64,000 nt of DNA from Massalongia carnosa (GCA_965645245.1 OZ287069.1:496001-560000), one strand, 5' to 3'; positions 39,649-52,792 are shown, counted from the first letter of the stretch. Made by a program: numbers and translations. The notes: a model not told the origin generated them from the letters alone.

Positions 39649-39890
39649 TAGGAAGGTACTTCAAATTCAGTGAGAATTACTAGGAAAATTAAGTACCTCT
39701 ATATCTTCTTAAGAATTAGGAGCTTATAGCCCAATACCCCCCCTCGGTCTGAAAACTCAATTTTAGAACACAGGCTTATAGCTGAAAAGGGGTTAATAGT
39801 TAAGTCCAGGCTTATATGGGAAATTATACGGTACATCAAAACCCAAAGAGGGGGATCGATGGCTTGAAAAAACAATATGGGTCCAACGGT

Positions 39891-40849
39891 TTATGCAGAT
39901 GCCTGAACGGCTGGAGTGCCGCTCGCAGTTCCATCAAGCGCAACATTTAAGACCAAGCTGGTCGTTCTTAACCCTTTCCTCTCTGCATCCTCTCGTCTCT
40001 TGTCTTCCGCAACGTTCTCCATCGCGGTGTCTGGTAGACTTTTCTTTCTGGACCCACTCCTGCTCCGCGACCAACTTTGCCGTCTATTTGACAATGCCCT
40101 CCCCAGTCCCGTAGTCCATCTCTTGCGCACAATTCGTCTATCACCATCAAGTCCCAACACCGTTCGTATCTCCGGCACCTCGGCGTGATCTCGCGTGTTT
40201 CTCATACGATGGCACCAGGTTACCCTGCCGTCTTCGAACACAAATTCACCTCCAACTTGGTAAAAATCTCCTCCCTTCATCATGTTTCGACCCGAGCGAA
40301 GTTCTTGGAAAATGGACTTGACTGCATTGACCACGACGGAGTCTTGCATATACTCGGGTGCTTTGTTTCCCATATTGAGCGTCCTCGTCATTCCTAGGAG
40401 ATCGTGCAATTTTTTAGTTGGATCGGCGTAAATGGGAAATGGGCAGGCAGTCATCTTGGTATAGTACGGGATTACATCCGGGTGTCCATGTCCAATGATG
40501 ACGATCTCCGTGGGTGTTTCGAGCTCAAGGAGTGACTCGGGCGTGATGATAGAGGAGAGAGTTCGTAGATACTCCTGGCAATTCTACACATCGTTAAAAA
40601 TACTTTGGAGTCTCGAAGAGTCAGTCGTATAGTACTTACACCACAGAAAAAATGTCTTATGAATATCACGAGCACCCGTCGTGGCCCATCGTGCAGGCTC
40701 TTGAACGTATGGGCTTTACCCAAAGCATCCAGAACAGGCAGGTCGGCGGTCTTTTCCAAATCCCCTTTGGAAGGCAATTTGTTGGATACCTCTATGTCTC
40801 CAGTAAATTCGTCCGTGGGGCCTTCAGGTTTCGATGCGGTGGACACCAT
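39891..40849 (-). CDS. AhpC/TSA-like peroxiredoxin-like (thioredoxin-fold, AAED1/PRXL2-type) protein, 300 aa; 2 exons (40849-40640, 40583-39891)
   Basis: Spliced motif VIFIRHFFCG|NCQEY (CxxC), then IYADPTKKLHDLLGM, QVGGEFVF and WCHRMRNTRDHAE. Confidence 0.9.
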
Positions 40850-42820
40850 CTTCAACGGTATTGGGGCTCAAAATAGTAATAAAAACGTCCGATCTAGAAA
40901 AGGAATGGGAAACACGCCCACGTTGATTGCGACGAGGCTGTTCGAAGGGAGATGTAGAACTTTTCAAGGTGGTCAACCGAAGGGTATGTAGGAAGAAGAA
41001 AGATGAAGAATGTAGATAGTCACCAAAGGCATTATTAAAGAAAGAAAAACAAAGCCATAGTGGCGGCTGACCGTCCGGAATCTCGACTTGACACTCATGC
41101 TCGTCCAGTCCTTAGTGAGTTTGTTGAGTGACTGGGCCTTGATCGCGCTTGCTGAGGGAGAATTTGTATGAGGATTTCTTAAGCCAGTGGCTCCCGACCT
41201 ACGCTTATCCCAAGTGGGATCGATACTGTCGTGATTGGATGGTTTGGATGATCTGCCCTTTACGAGCTTCGACCTTGACTGAAAGAGGCCATTTTGTGGC
41301 GCACGGAAAGCCATTCCTCCGGGGCCAGGTTCCCAAAGTGGCTGTACAGCCGACAGCCAAAAGTAACAGTCTAACCCTAAACTCATGGCAGCTCATCATT
41401 AGGGTTCAAGCTAAATACCTTACAATTCCCAACTTCCTCTTCCGCTGACGGATAGAAAATCCTTCACGATGCCCCTCTGCAAATTGTAATATCAATCATG
41501 CTTCAACCCTCCTTCCAGAACAACCCCCAGACTTTCTACCTCTAACCGCATCTCGAAAAGCCCCCCGGCCATTTCTGACACCGCCCGTGCATCAGATGTC
41601 TCCATGCGGGAATTGATGTGCTCAGGGTTCCCGATAACAGACAAGGCGGAGTCTCAAAGGGGGACTTCGAGTGACGATCGTACGCATATGGATTTATCTA
41701 CTCTGTAGCTAGTAGGCACGTCAGGATTCTTTGTACGAGGTTTACAACGTAATGAATGATAAGCACGTCGCTTCTCTAGCTATGCCGGACAAGGTAAATA
41801 TGTACAGAGAAATTCCAGATCCGAAAAAGACCTCCAGCCAGGCATGTGTTACGAGGGGAACGAGCACTGCGTAGGGGTAAGTGTTTATGGTGATTGTGCC
41901 TGCTCGAGAAGAATAGGTTGGTAGATGATGATCAGTTACAGTAGGGTTCCGGGGGACTCATCATCCTGGAGCCCTTTTGGTAGATTAGTAGCAATGGCGA
42001 CGATGAAGAGCTCTTTCTCAAAGATTCAAGGTCGTAAACACGAAATAGGAACGGAAGACAGATGAAACAGGTATAAGCATAAGGCTTCAGTTGCATCATG
42101 CAAGGCACAAAAATGGTTGTAAATGGACGCCATACCATACTGAACACTTCTCTACGGCTCAGGGTGGCTATGTAGAAGGCACCATTCAGGTTAGCACATG
42201 GCGGACGTCAACCCCAAAGCATACGGCGTGTCTTACGCAGAAAGTCGTGTTGGATATTCATTGGATCGCAAAATATATCTTGGAATGCGCATTTCACCGC
42301 AGCGCATGACCTTGATGGACCAAGCAGTCTCTGATCCGGAAACATTGCTGCAAATGAGTGTTGATAGCTACCAAAGGAGCAAATGATCTTATCTCGCCCA
42401 CCAACTTAAAACCCACCATCCGCAAAATTACATACATGCCGACGACTATGATACCGAGGAAGTCCTCGATATGTCGCGAGTATCACGCCAAATATGATTC
42501 GTCAGCCTTCTGCAGCAACGCAACGGTCGTCCATACGGCTGATTCCCTCCTTATACTTCAGACGGGCCACCTACTTCCTCCGCTGGTCCTCGGTTTTCGC
42601 GCCGCGCAGAAGCATCCTTCAATGCGGTTGGACGAGCTTCGTGAGGTCGCATAGGCAGGCAGAGGCCTCGACGATACGAATGCATTGGGGAAGCCCTTGC
42701 ACTTAGGTCAAGTAGTCTCGGTCATGCAACAGCATGGAACCCTCTCATGGGTAGTAATATGTCTTACAGGTATCAAATCGATATCGATCCATCGCTGGCC
42801 AACGACTCGAGCGCCTACAA

Positions 42821-45800
42821 TCAATCGTAGTTGCCAAGCCCGACTTGGCTGGCGAATGCCGTGGATACGCTCCGAGCATCGTCGTCGTCTCCGACCTGGC
42901 CTCGTGGGACACGGCTGCTTGCAGAACTTCCTCCAAACACACTGCCATCCCCAGCGCGACCTCCAGATTCGACATAGCGTTTTAGACGGTCAGATTGGCT
43001 GAGACTGGGTTGCTTGGCATCATTGATGCTAAGCCCCACCAAGCTGACACCTCCATGACCAGGACCCTTGCCATCGACGGTGCTAGCGCCATTGATATCA
43101 GACTCAGTAGCAGCGACAGACTCTCCAGCTATGCTTTCTGTGCCAGCTCTGCTTTTGATTCCATTCGCGCGCCGACCATTAAGAGTGGGCCAGGTGTCCT
43201 GAAATCCTGAGAACATTTGTGGATAAGCAGACGGGACACCCACGCCACCGATGGCAGATGAGTGTACAGATGACACATCATCAGGAATATAGCCTACGAT
43301 AGACCCGGAGTCGTTGTATTCTTGACGCGAGCCGTTGCGCCCGTTAGCCATCCCACCAGCAAGATCAGAGGCACGCTGGTAGGACATCTGGTAGCGTTGC
43401 GGACCACGGTACGACTGTTTAGGACGGCTGAATTGAAGTAAAGAGATTTGGAGATTCGACAAAGGTCCTTCCACAAGGCAGTTGCGTTCTTTGAAATGAA
43501 GCAGCAGATAATGCCACAATGGGTGCTTCGATAACACTTTGGGATTGCCGAGAATCACCAGACCATACTTTGCCCGGGTTAAAGCTACGTTTAGCCGTCG
43601 AGGATCGCTCAAAAATCCAATCCCTTGATGATCATTGGAACGGACGCAAGAGAGGACGATGAAATCCTTCTCTCGTCCTTGGAAAGCATCAACGGAAGCC
43701 ACCTCGATTTCCTTGTAGTTTTCCTTTTTAAAACTGCCGTTAGTCTGCATTGAACTGACAACATAGCTCCGCTGACCCTCGTAGGGGGTAATGATGCCAA
43801 TATCCCCCGGTTGCACCCCCGCCTTGAAAAAGCGAGTAATTATCTTTTCAACGTTGGAGGCTTCTGTCCGATTGAGGTATGAGGTTCCCGAAGCGGAGAT
43901 CTCTTCGTTCCCAAGGTTAGACCAGAACATCATAGGTGAGTCCACAACTGGCCAGGGAAAATCCACATCACGGCGAAGGCGCTGTTGCATCGTAACGCCA
44001 TTCTGTAGAGAACCTTCGTAGAACATGTTTGACGGAAATTCGGACAAGCAAGGGTGCATGCGGTATTGTACGTTCAAGCGTATAGGAGCACATCCAAGAA
44101 CGACCAGGCGCTCGAAGAGAGATTGATTCAGACCAGCCTTTGCCGCTTTCTTATTCATAATGACTGGACCAAGCTGCTGGTGATCGCCTACGAGCACGAC
44201 CTGCTTGCAACCAAGCACTAAGGGGATCATACACTCAGGTTCTGCCGACTGCGTAGACTCGTCGATAAGCACGGTACGAAACTTGAACCGAGAAAGACGA
44301 GGATCACCAGCTCCAACGCAAGTGCAACAGATGACATCCGCATTGGTCAAAATCTCTCGTTCAGCGCTGCGGGTAAGTTGCTTAAACTTCTTTTCGTCTT
44401 GGCTAGATAACTCCCCAAGCTCGCTCTTCAGCTGGTTTAGTTTGACCAACTCAATATTGCTATCGTTCATGCGGACCTGTTGGTGAAGCGATAGAAATCC
44501 AACAGTCGACTCGACGTCCTCACGAGACTTGGCGGTGACACGAACGGTCTTTAAACCGGTTTTGTGAATTCGCTCGCAGAGCTGGTCGACGGCAACATTA
44601 GAGGGCGCACACACGAGCACTTGTCCGCCATTAATCTTGGCCAAATGGTAGATGATGGTGGCGGAGGTAACGGTCTTTCCCGTTCCGGGGGGTCCTTGAA
44701 TCAAACTCAAAGGTTTTGTTAGTACACTCTTTACAGCACTGATTTGGCTACCATTCAATTCAGGTAGACCCGGTACACTGTATTTCTTGGGCATCTGTGT
44801 CTTCATCGGCGCAGCCGCAACTTCATGGCCAAGAAGGCGGTGGAAAATATATCCTGATACACTCATCTCATCCACCGCAAATGTCTTCATGGCAAGTTGC
44901 ATCCGATCAAACGAGGTTGCTTTCCATACGTAATCAGCACTGAAGTTATGGGTGCATTCGGTTGGTACGGATTTGTGGTCCCCCTTAGCACGGAGTTCGA
45001 TGGTAACTTCATCTGACTGATTATTCGGTATCTTGATAACATAACCCACGCCCTCCCATTGCGCTCGAAGCTCTCCGGTGTATTTGATGCGCATCTCGTC
45101 GCCCACGGCAAGCTTGACATCTCCGAGTTCTAGCTTTGGGAGTACGAAACTGGCTAGATGCTTGTTGTTAAGTCCAAAGTCCCAGCGGACAACCAGCCCG
45201 TCTTGAGATTGGGATTCTTTGAGCTTCCGGTCGTAGTCGGCCTCAATCTTAACCAATGGACCAAACACATTCTGGTATTGATATGCGTCATCGTAGTGGA
45301 GAAGTACTGGTGCGGGTTCGTCATCAACGCCCGCACCCTTTTCCAGATCGGCAATCGTTGCCGACGCATTATCTTTCCACATCTCTTCTAGTTTGGCTAT
45401 CATCTGAGGGCTCAGATGACGTGCACGTAACTGCTCCTGATCAGATGGTGAGGAAACTAGCCAGGTCAGGAATGAGCGGTCCTCAATCAAAGGCTGCCAG
45501 CGTGATACGTCCCAGTTCATATCTTTCGAAGAAGGCATGGCGGCACATGGTTGACGGCAAAGGAGCACGACCACCGTATCAGACTTGGCTGGAATAAATC
45601 CAAGTAGAAACACATTCTTGGTGCCGCAATTGTAGCATTCTAAGACCGTATCTCCTAACGACGAGCTCGGATGGAGTTGCACCTCCTTGTGCCTCGCGCG
45701 GACCAGGTGATTGATGATATGGGAGGAAGAGGTATTGCCACGAGCACTGCAGAACCATTTGCTGCAGGCCAAGCATCTCACGACAGAGCTTGGATTGTGA

Positions 45801-46183
45801 ATGCCACAGTAACTGAAGCATAGTGTTTGTTAGTGTTTGTCAACCGCCACGCCACAAAGTCAAGTCGCTCCAACTTACGCGCAGGCATGTGCGGGTGACT
45901 CTTTCTCCTTATCTTCCTCCGCTCGCAAGCCTTGCTTGCCGTTAACCCCATCTACCGGTACGCTAACCATACTCTCCGTGTCGTCATCATCGAAGGCTTC
46001 TGTACCCTCATCCTCATCATCGTGGCGACGTCTTCTTGGGCCTCCAGAAAGGTTTCCTCGTCCATATTCTCGATCTAGAATACTCTCATCTGGGTCGATC
46101 GTCGAGAGATCATCTCCGGCATTGATGGTGGGGGCGGAGTCCGAGATTAGATGGTTTCCCAGATGCGTAAAAGCACCTTCCAT
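42821..46183 (-). CDS. UPF1: Nonsense-mediated decay SF1 RNA helicase Upf1/Nam7, ~1098 aa; 2 exons (46183-45879, 45812-42821)
   Basis: CH zinc domain [18 protein letters not shown]; Walker [51 protein letters not shown]. Confidence 0.98.
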
Positions 46184-46731
46184 AACTATGAACGTCTAGA
46201 TGTTTGGTTGTGGCGAATCAAAGTAGAGATGGTAAAGGGCTGACCGACGTTCTCCTAATTTCTTGCTACTGTTTACTGAGGTGAAATGAGTGTGCGACCA
46301 GGACGGATTTGATCAGGCTCGCATAATTATTGTTTGTTACTGAGCAAAGTCCACCACAGTAGGATATCGGATGAAGCAACACCACAGAGCAAGATGGGGA
46401 GGTTGGTGATCTGAGAATGCCGAGCTCGTTAAAGAGAGTGAGTGGGCTGGGCAGTTCGAGTAGAAGAGGTTAGGCCGTGTTCCTGGAAGTAACTGATCGC
46501 AACAAGAGGACATGTACCTACTCCGAACCGAGTATTCGGATGTGTCATACAGCCGGCGCTAACAATATTTAATCCCGCTAGGGTTCAATTACGCGAGAAT
46601 TTATCAAATATCAAAAAACTGCTCTTTCGCGATTTGATAGAATTCCATCAGGGAGATGATAATGATCCTCAGACGTACAATCCTCATGCCTTAGGTAGCA
46701 GCGTCTGAGACCGAGTCTACCATACCACGAA

Positions 46732-47739
46732 ATGATAGTATGTTTCCCTACCCTATCATTCCCCAACAACTCTCCTCCCTTTCAATACCCTACCCCACCC
46801 TCTCAACCCCCCTCCGTCAAAACTGATCCTAACCCCCCCGCCCCTTCTACTTCTCAGAGAAAACAAGCTCGCCAACGTCGCGACTACCTTTACCGCCGCG
46901 CTCTCACCCTCCGCGCAGCTGAAACCGCCTCCAAGCGCGCTGCCCTTAGTGCCTCGCTCTCCACCGGAAAACCTCTCGCGCCGGCCATAGCCAACGACAA
47001 AGCCCTGCTCCTCTCCCACCAATACGACGAAGCCCTCCCTTCCAGCGCCAACGAAGACCTCGACGACGAATACAGCCACCTCTCCGGCATTGCCGATCCG
47101 CGCCCACTCCTCACCACCTCCCGCTCACCCTCCACCCGGCTTGCGGCCTTTGCCAAGGAAATCCGCCTCCTCCTGCCCACCGCCATCCGGCTAAACCGTG
47201 GCACGCTAGTGCTCCCATCGCTAGTCGCGAGCGCTAACTCGGCCGCGCTGACGGACCTGCTGCTACTGCACGAACATCGCGGCACTCCCACCGCTCTGAC
47301 CATCTCCCACCTGCCCCACGGCCCCACGGCCTCATTCTCTCTGCACAACGTGCTGCTCCGCCACGACTTGCCCAGCCCCTCGCGCGGTACCGTCTCAGAA
47401 TCCTACCCGCACCTTATCTTCGAAGGCTTCTCCACTCCACTGGGTAAGCGCGTCGTGCAAATCCTGAAGCACTTGTTTCCCCCGCGCGAAGCGGCCACGT
47501 CAAACCAGAAAGTCGGCAGTCGCGTGGTAACATTCAAGAACATCGCCGATAGCGTTGAGGTGCGGCATCACGTATTTGTACGGACGGGGTGGCAGGGCGT
47601 CGAGCTGGCAGAGGTTGGGCCGCGCATGACGATGCGGTTGTTTGAGATTAGGGGGGGGACGTTGGCGGAGAAAGGGGGCGACGTTGAGTGGCATATGAAT
47701 CAATACACAAGGACTGCGAGAAAGAAGGATTACCTGTAA
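46732..47739 (+). CDS. IMP4: U3 snoRNP protein Imp4 (Brix domain); 6-nt first coding exon (46732-46737), intron 46738-46857
   Basis: Spliced N-terminus MI|RKQARQRRDYLYRRA; TTSRSPS; LHEHRGTP..L.ISHLPHGPTASFSLHNV; ELAEVGPRMTM; final YTRTARKKDYL. Confidence 0.95.
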   Translation: MIVCFPTLSFPNNSPPFQYPTPPSQPPSVKTDPNPPAPSTSQRKQARQRRDYLYRRALTLRAAETASKRAALSASLSTGKPLAPAIANDKALLLSHQYDEALPSSANEDLDDEYSHLSGIADPRPLLTTSRSPSTRLAAFAKEIRLLLPTAIRLNRGTLVLPSLVASANSAALTDLLLLHEHRGTPTALTISHLPHGPTASFSLHNVLLRHDLPSPSRGTVSESYPHLIFEGFSTPLGKRVVQILKHLFPPREAATSNQKVGSRVVTFKNIADSVEVRHHVFVRTGWQGVELAEVGPRMTMRLFEIRGGTLAEKGGDVEWHMNQYTRTARKKDYL

Positions 47740-49064
47740 TTGTTTTAGGTAGAGGGCGCGGGGAATTAGTGAAGACTCAACGCTGAGATCGATAACCAGC
47801 CCGTTAAGTTCTGAATTCTAAAAGAGAGCATGCATGAACCCCCTTTACCAAAAGGATCATCCCCTCTGAAAAAGCCGACCTCGCATTTCCCCCTCTTACA
47901 CCCAAATCCATTCCTCCCCCTTCCCGTTCCGCCAGTGATAGAACAACGACCGTGCTCACCAAATCTACCAGTCTAACTAGTCCCTGACGAAACAGACCAG
48001 AACCCCAACCGGCCGTCACGGACGACCTTGCCCAGCCCCACGCTCAATGACATCAATATCACAAGCGCGGGATCCATCCAATACGAGAGAGCCAACCAAC
48101 TCCTCCATTTCTATTTTTATTCTCATTTTTCTCCTTCGTTTTCTCGAGTGACGGGGCAGGCAGCCTTTAAAGTCCCTCCCCCCCCAAAAGCTTCCCAGAA
48201 GGGTTCCAGTTCCCGCTTTCCATACTTATCGCCATCTTTCCCGCTATTTTGCCCTGTCATGTCACATTACTTATCTGTCTTGTCAATTAGCCAACGCTCT
48301 CACCCCATCATTATACAAAGCCATACAAAGCCGAGGGTATGTAGTTATATAATTACTACATAATATAGTATGGGCATGGCATGGCGTAGCATTAAGAAAC
48401 CCCCCTTTCTCCCTAGACGGCCGAGCATAACTACCAGCTGCGCGAGAAACCTTCCAGTTGTTGGGAAGGAGGAAGAGGAGGCGGCGGGAGGCGGCGGGAG
48501 GCGGGAGGTTGCGTGGGAGATGCCAAACAAATAGTGAGTTACCTAAGTGCTAGGAAGATGTGGTGAGGCGAAGGGCGCTTCAAGAGGGAAAAGATGGGGG
48601 GGGGTTCGGGGTTTAACTCAACTAATCTAAAGCTTCTGAAAACGACTCGAAAGGAGCCCGAATAACAGAAAGCAGGGCAGAGTGAGGAAATTTCAACCCC
48701 TAGCCCCGACTCCAAAGGCTCACCGCACCCGTTTCCGAGGAGAGGATTAAAAAAGAGAGTAGGATTCCACAAAAACGAGCAAGATGCGCCGCACCGTAGT
48801 CAGACTAGAAGTATCGTATGCTGTTTCAAAACGCCAACAAGAAAAATGGAACTGTGAAAGAGGGTTTTTCAAAAATGCAGCAAAACGCCGAGAAGTAGAC
48901 AAAACAATGATAGATGCAAAATACAAATGGGCCCAGCCCCTCTCCCCAAACCCCCAAAATTCTTACAAAATCGCTAATACATGATCATAGGCATTGAAAA
49001 CATCGCGTCGTTGACTTCTTCACATCTCCCCAAAGAACAAAGGAAAAAGACTGCGATCAAACCC

Positions 49065-52000
49065 TCAGCTCCTCGTTTCCTCCTTCACCCCCGGTCTTTC
49101 AAGAGTCGCTAATTTCTTCTCCGTTAACCCCTCCAACCCCTCCAACTCCCCCCTCTTCAGCGCCCGCAGCTCCTCCACCGTAACCCCAATAGCTTCCAGC
49201 AGGGCCTCCGGCCCCAACGCCTGAAACCGATCCCGAATTTCTGCGCCCCCGAGCCCTTCCAGCCGGGTGCGTAAATCCTGCAAATGGGGAGCCTCGACCT
49301 CCTGGCCTGTTGTGCCGTGGGCGTAGTCAAGGGTTTCGGGCCGGAGGATATCGCGGCGCATGCGTTGGCCAAAGCGGTGCATGCGACCTTCTTCTTGCGC
49401 TTGGCGCGAGGCGAGGGAGACGTCGGAGCCGTGGCGGCGGAAGGGAATGCGGATGGCGTCCGGATCTTCGGGGTCGTCGTCTACGTCTGGCTCAAGGGTT
49501 TCGGGGCTATGATCTGTGGGTTGGTTTGTGGGTGGCATGGCGGTTGCGAAAGATGGGTTAAGGGAGTTGGCGCTGGAGCAGTGGGGCTGGATCGTGGGAT
49601 GGAGACGAGTTTCGGGGTATTCGTTCTCGAAGCGTTGGATCATCCGTTCGAGGGTGGAGTCAAGGAACAGCAAACGTTCTGGTAGATTTGTTAGTGGTTG
49701 TTTGGTCAGTCAATAATGCGGGGACTCGCTGTAGCTCATTGCATCTCCCGATTTCGCTTCTTTGATCAAGGCAGGTAGCAGCCTTGACCTTATCTTTCTT
49801 GCACTGCCTAAAAGATTCTTTGACATTTCTTTAGCCTTGCCTTTCGTCTCATCCGTTCCTAGCAGGGTTTGCCTAGGCGTTGCAGCACCACTGCCCCCCG
49901 ATGTTGAGATGTTCGATTTCCTGAGATCTGCGGCTCTGTTAAGACAAATGCCCAGCGCCTTGACAACACCAGTTCCACCAACGATGTAATCATCGTCTGG
50001 GGCGGGCTCGTCGCTGTCATGGTTCTCTGAAAATCCATCCACATGGCCGACTAGGTGCAGCAGTATATCAGGTACGTAAACTTCCTTCTCGCCGCCCTGC
50101 GAATCAGCTACTCCAGCTTCAGCGCACTCGCCCAACTGGGTACCTTCTAGATTCCGTAACGAGTATGCAATAACTTGCTTAGCTAAAGCCTTGACAACTT
50201 CGCTCGAATCTTCGTTGGGTACGTCAATGTCAATACAGATGATAGTATTCGATACTCGTACCGCAGCCATCAGCGATGCGTAGAGGGCACATGCTTCCTC
50301 TTGGCTTGCTTCATCCTTTGCAGAGGCAAGCTTTATCAAAGGTTGATTTTCCAGAATGTTAAGATGAGCCAAACTTCGGCTTTCAGGTAAGACTTCGGCT
50401 AAAGCAATAGCCTGTTCCGACGACATTGCAACGTCCAGAAGATGAATCCTCTTTAATAAAGGAAATTGGGGGATATACCTGCGGAGAAGACTAAGAGCGC
50501 TAGGTTTCGCGGTGAAAAGATCATGATTATGAGAAAGGTCAATGAAACGGAAATTCGGTAGCCGTACAAGCGCAGGAAGCAAGAATTCAAGGGACAAGGT
50601 TGAAAGCTTACAGTCTGCCAGACTGAGCGCATATAGCGCATTCTTCTCGCCCAAGGACTCTGCCAACATTTTCGTAGAATCCCGAAGGTTATTTCCACCG
50701 AGATCAAGGCCTTCACACTTACCAGTCCGCACATATCGCAGGATGTGTTCAAGTCCTTCAGCGGTCATACTATTGTTCGCGACTCCTAGCCTTGTGATAC
50801 CACAGTGGATGACACCTTCAACAAGTTTACTAATGCTGTCAGTACTCAGGCCACACTCTGCCATGACCAGTTCCTCCAAGCCGGAACCTCCGAGCCGTTC
50901 AGTTATAGCTTTTTGCAGAAGGGTTGGGATGTCACATGGGAATTTTGTGTTACTCGGCGATTTAGTTAATGAGTTGGAGCCATGGGTTGGTAACTGACTT
51001 TGGGGAAAGGGAATCATCGACAGATCTATGGCCTTGAGGGACCTTGACATGTTGATAAATAGCGCAATATGCCGCCAGCCCTCGCGACCGATCTTCGGAT
51101 TGTTTTTAAGTGAGAGCTTTACTACAACGCCTAGTTGTTCTTCCTTCTCTTGAGCCGACATATTGGCCTTTCTAGATAATCTTTTGTTATGTTTTGCTTG
51201 CTCTGGGGTCTTGGCCGCAAGCAGTCCGGCGAGAATGACTCGAACCGCCTCGTCTCCTAGACCACAATTCTCCAAGATCAGTCTTTTCACCGGAACGACC
51301 GCCAAGTAGTCACTAAGAGTGATAATGTCCGGCAGTTGCATCCAGTAGTTCGATAAGTCTAAAACTGAAATTACGCCCGGCGTTGCCACGGGGCAAGCTG
51401 ATGGCGACGCAATCTGCTCCGTAATACGTTTTAGAATCGGCGATTCTCTGAGTTGACAGCATCGTCGATATATACGCAATGGGTCGGTCGTTGGCCGATC
51501 CTGGGATTTAGGCGATGCCTCGGTAGTTTCTCGTGAATCAGCCGCGCTGCTGCTGCTGCCTTCGCGCCTTAATTCTGCTGGTACAGTCCCGTTGGCCAAA
51601 GCTTCATTTCGCTTCCGTTCCTTCCTCTCTTTCCGCTCTTCCTCCGATCGCTTTTTCTTCTCTTTCTTTTTTGTTGGATCTTTACACTCGATTTCTGGGG
51701 AGACTTCAATTGAGGGGATTATCTCAGACTGCAGCTCTTCCTCCGTAGCATTGACCATTCCATCTTTCTCCTTCTCCGACTCTACAGCCTTCGGATTTCT
51801 CAAAGCTTCCCCTTCGTTTTTTTTAAGTTTTTGGTCCTTTCTCTTCTTAATTTCTACTTGGTTCTCTATGTGGGTAAGACTTGGTCTCCTGCCTGGAGGA
51901 GGTGGTGACTCCTCGTCGTCCTCCGTGTACTTAGCAGGTGCAGCGATTTCGACATCAACACAAAAAGCCACCCGGCGTAACTTAGCTAGCTCCAAATCCG

Positions 52001-52792
52001 GAATCTCGCACCGCGAACGATATGGGTCTATGTTCATTGTCTTCCTTTCGCAAACTCCACCGGTACCTGTCAATTTCCCAAGATTTCCGGGACCGCTGGA
52101 TGACAGTCGCCGGAATGCGCTTTGCAGGAATGATGGGTGACCAGACTTGGAAGCCTGTGAAGTTTGTACTGAGATAAACTCTTGCTTCTTGGCCTCTCGG
52201 GCGCCAGGATTGTAAGCTGCACCAAAAGGATTTGGCTGGTCGACTGGTGGGCTTGTGCTTGGTTTCGCACCAGAGGGGGCTGCAGGCAATGGGCCATTGG
52301 ATGGTGGTGCCGGCGTAGATGAGAACTTCGAGCTAAGACTTGACATCCACGAATTCCGCCGGCTAGGAGAACTTGTAATAGCCAACTTACTTTCCTTGGG
52401 GTTCTTTGGCGAGAGTTGAGGCGACGACAGCAGCTTCTCGGAACTTGCGCGATTCAACACGTGGGGCCGATGGAGGTGGTGATGGTTTTGAGGCGCCATA
52501 TTTCCGTTTGTTTCTAGAGGGGCGTTGGTAGGTATGTTGTCATGTGGCTTCTTAGACCCCCCAATGGCATCCTCATCTTGCGCATGGTTTCCCGTCGCTG
52601 AGGATAGATTAGTATTCTGGACATGGTGATCTGCAGTATAAGGTGGATTAGCATGAATCGAATGCTGAGGGTTTGGATATTTTTGATAGGCTAGCCCTTT
52701 CATCGCAGTTTCACCAACGCAACGAGCTCATACTTGCCTTTTTGAGTATGATGGAGCCAGCTCACATCGACCCCATGGATTCCTTCCATCAT
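49065..52792 (-). CDS. Mhp1/Gip3/Her1-like LRR (RNI-like) protein, ~1189 aa; 3 exons (52792-52738, 52630-49730, 49678-49065)
   Basis: N-terminus MMEGIHGVDVSWLHH; PP1-docking-like RRVAFCVDVEIA; IYRRCCQLRESPIL; RNI-type LRRs; C-terminal RLLFLDSTL and QEEGRMHRFGQ. Both introns need GC donors to keep frame. Confidence 0.85.

Larger units (their letters stand above)
38090..39831 (+). mobile_element. pogo/Tc2-like (Tc1/mariner superfamily) DNA transposon, internally deleted and non-autonomous
   Basis: 23-bp perfect inverted repeat CGTATAATTTCCCATATAAGCCT at 38091-38113 and 39808-39830, with the terminal base mismatched (A vs C). Flanking TA dinucleotides at 38088-89 and 39832-33. Subterminal GG(C/T)TTATAGC repeats and a transposase ORF inside. 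Confidence 0.93.
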
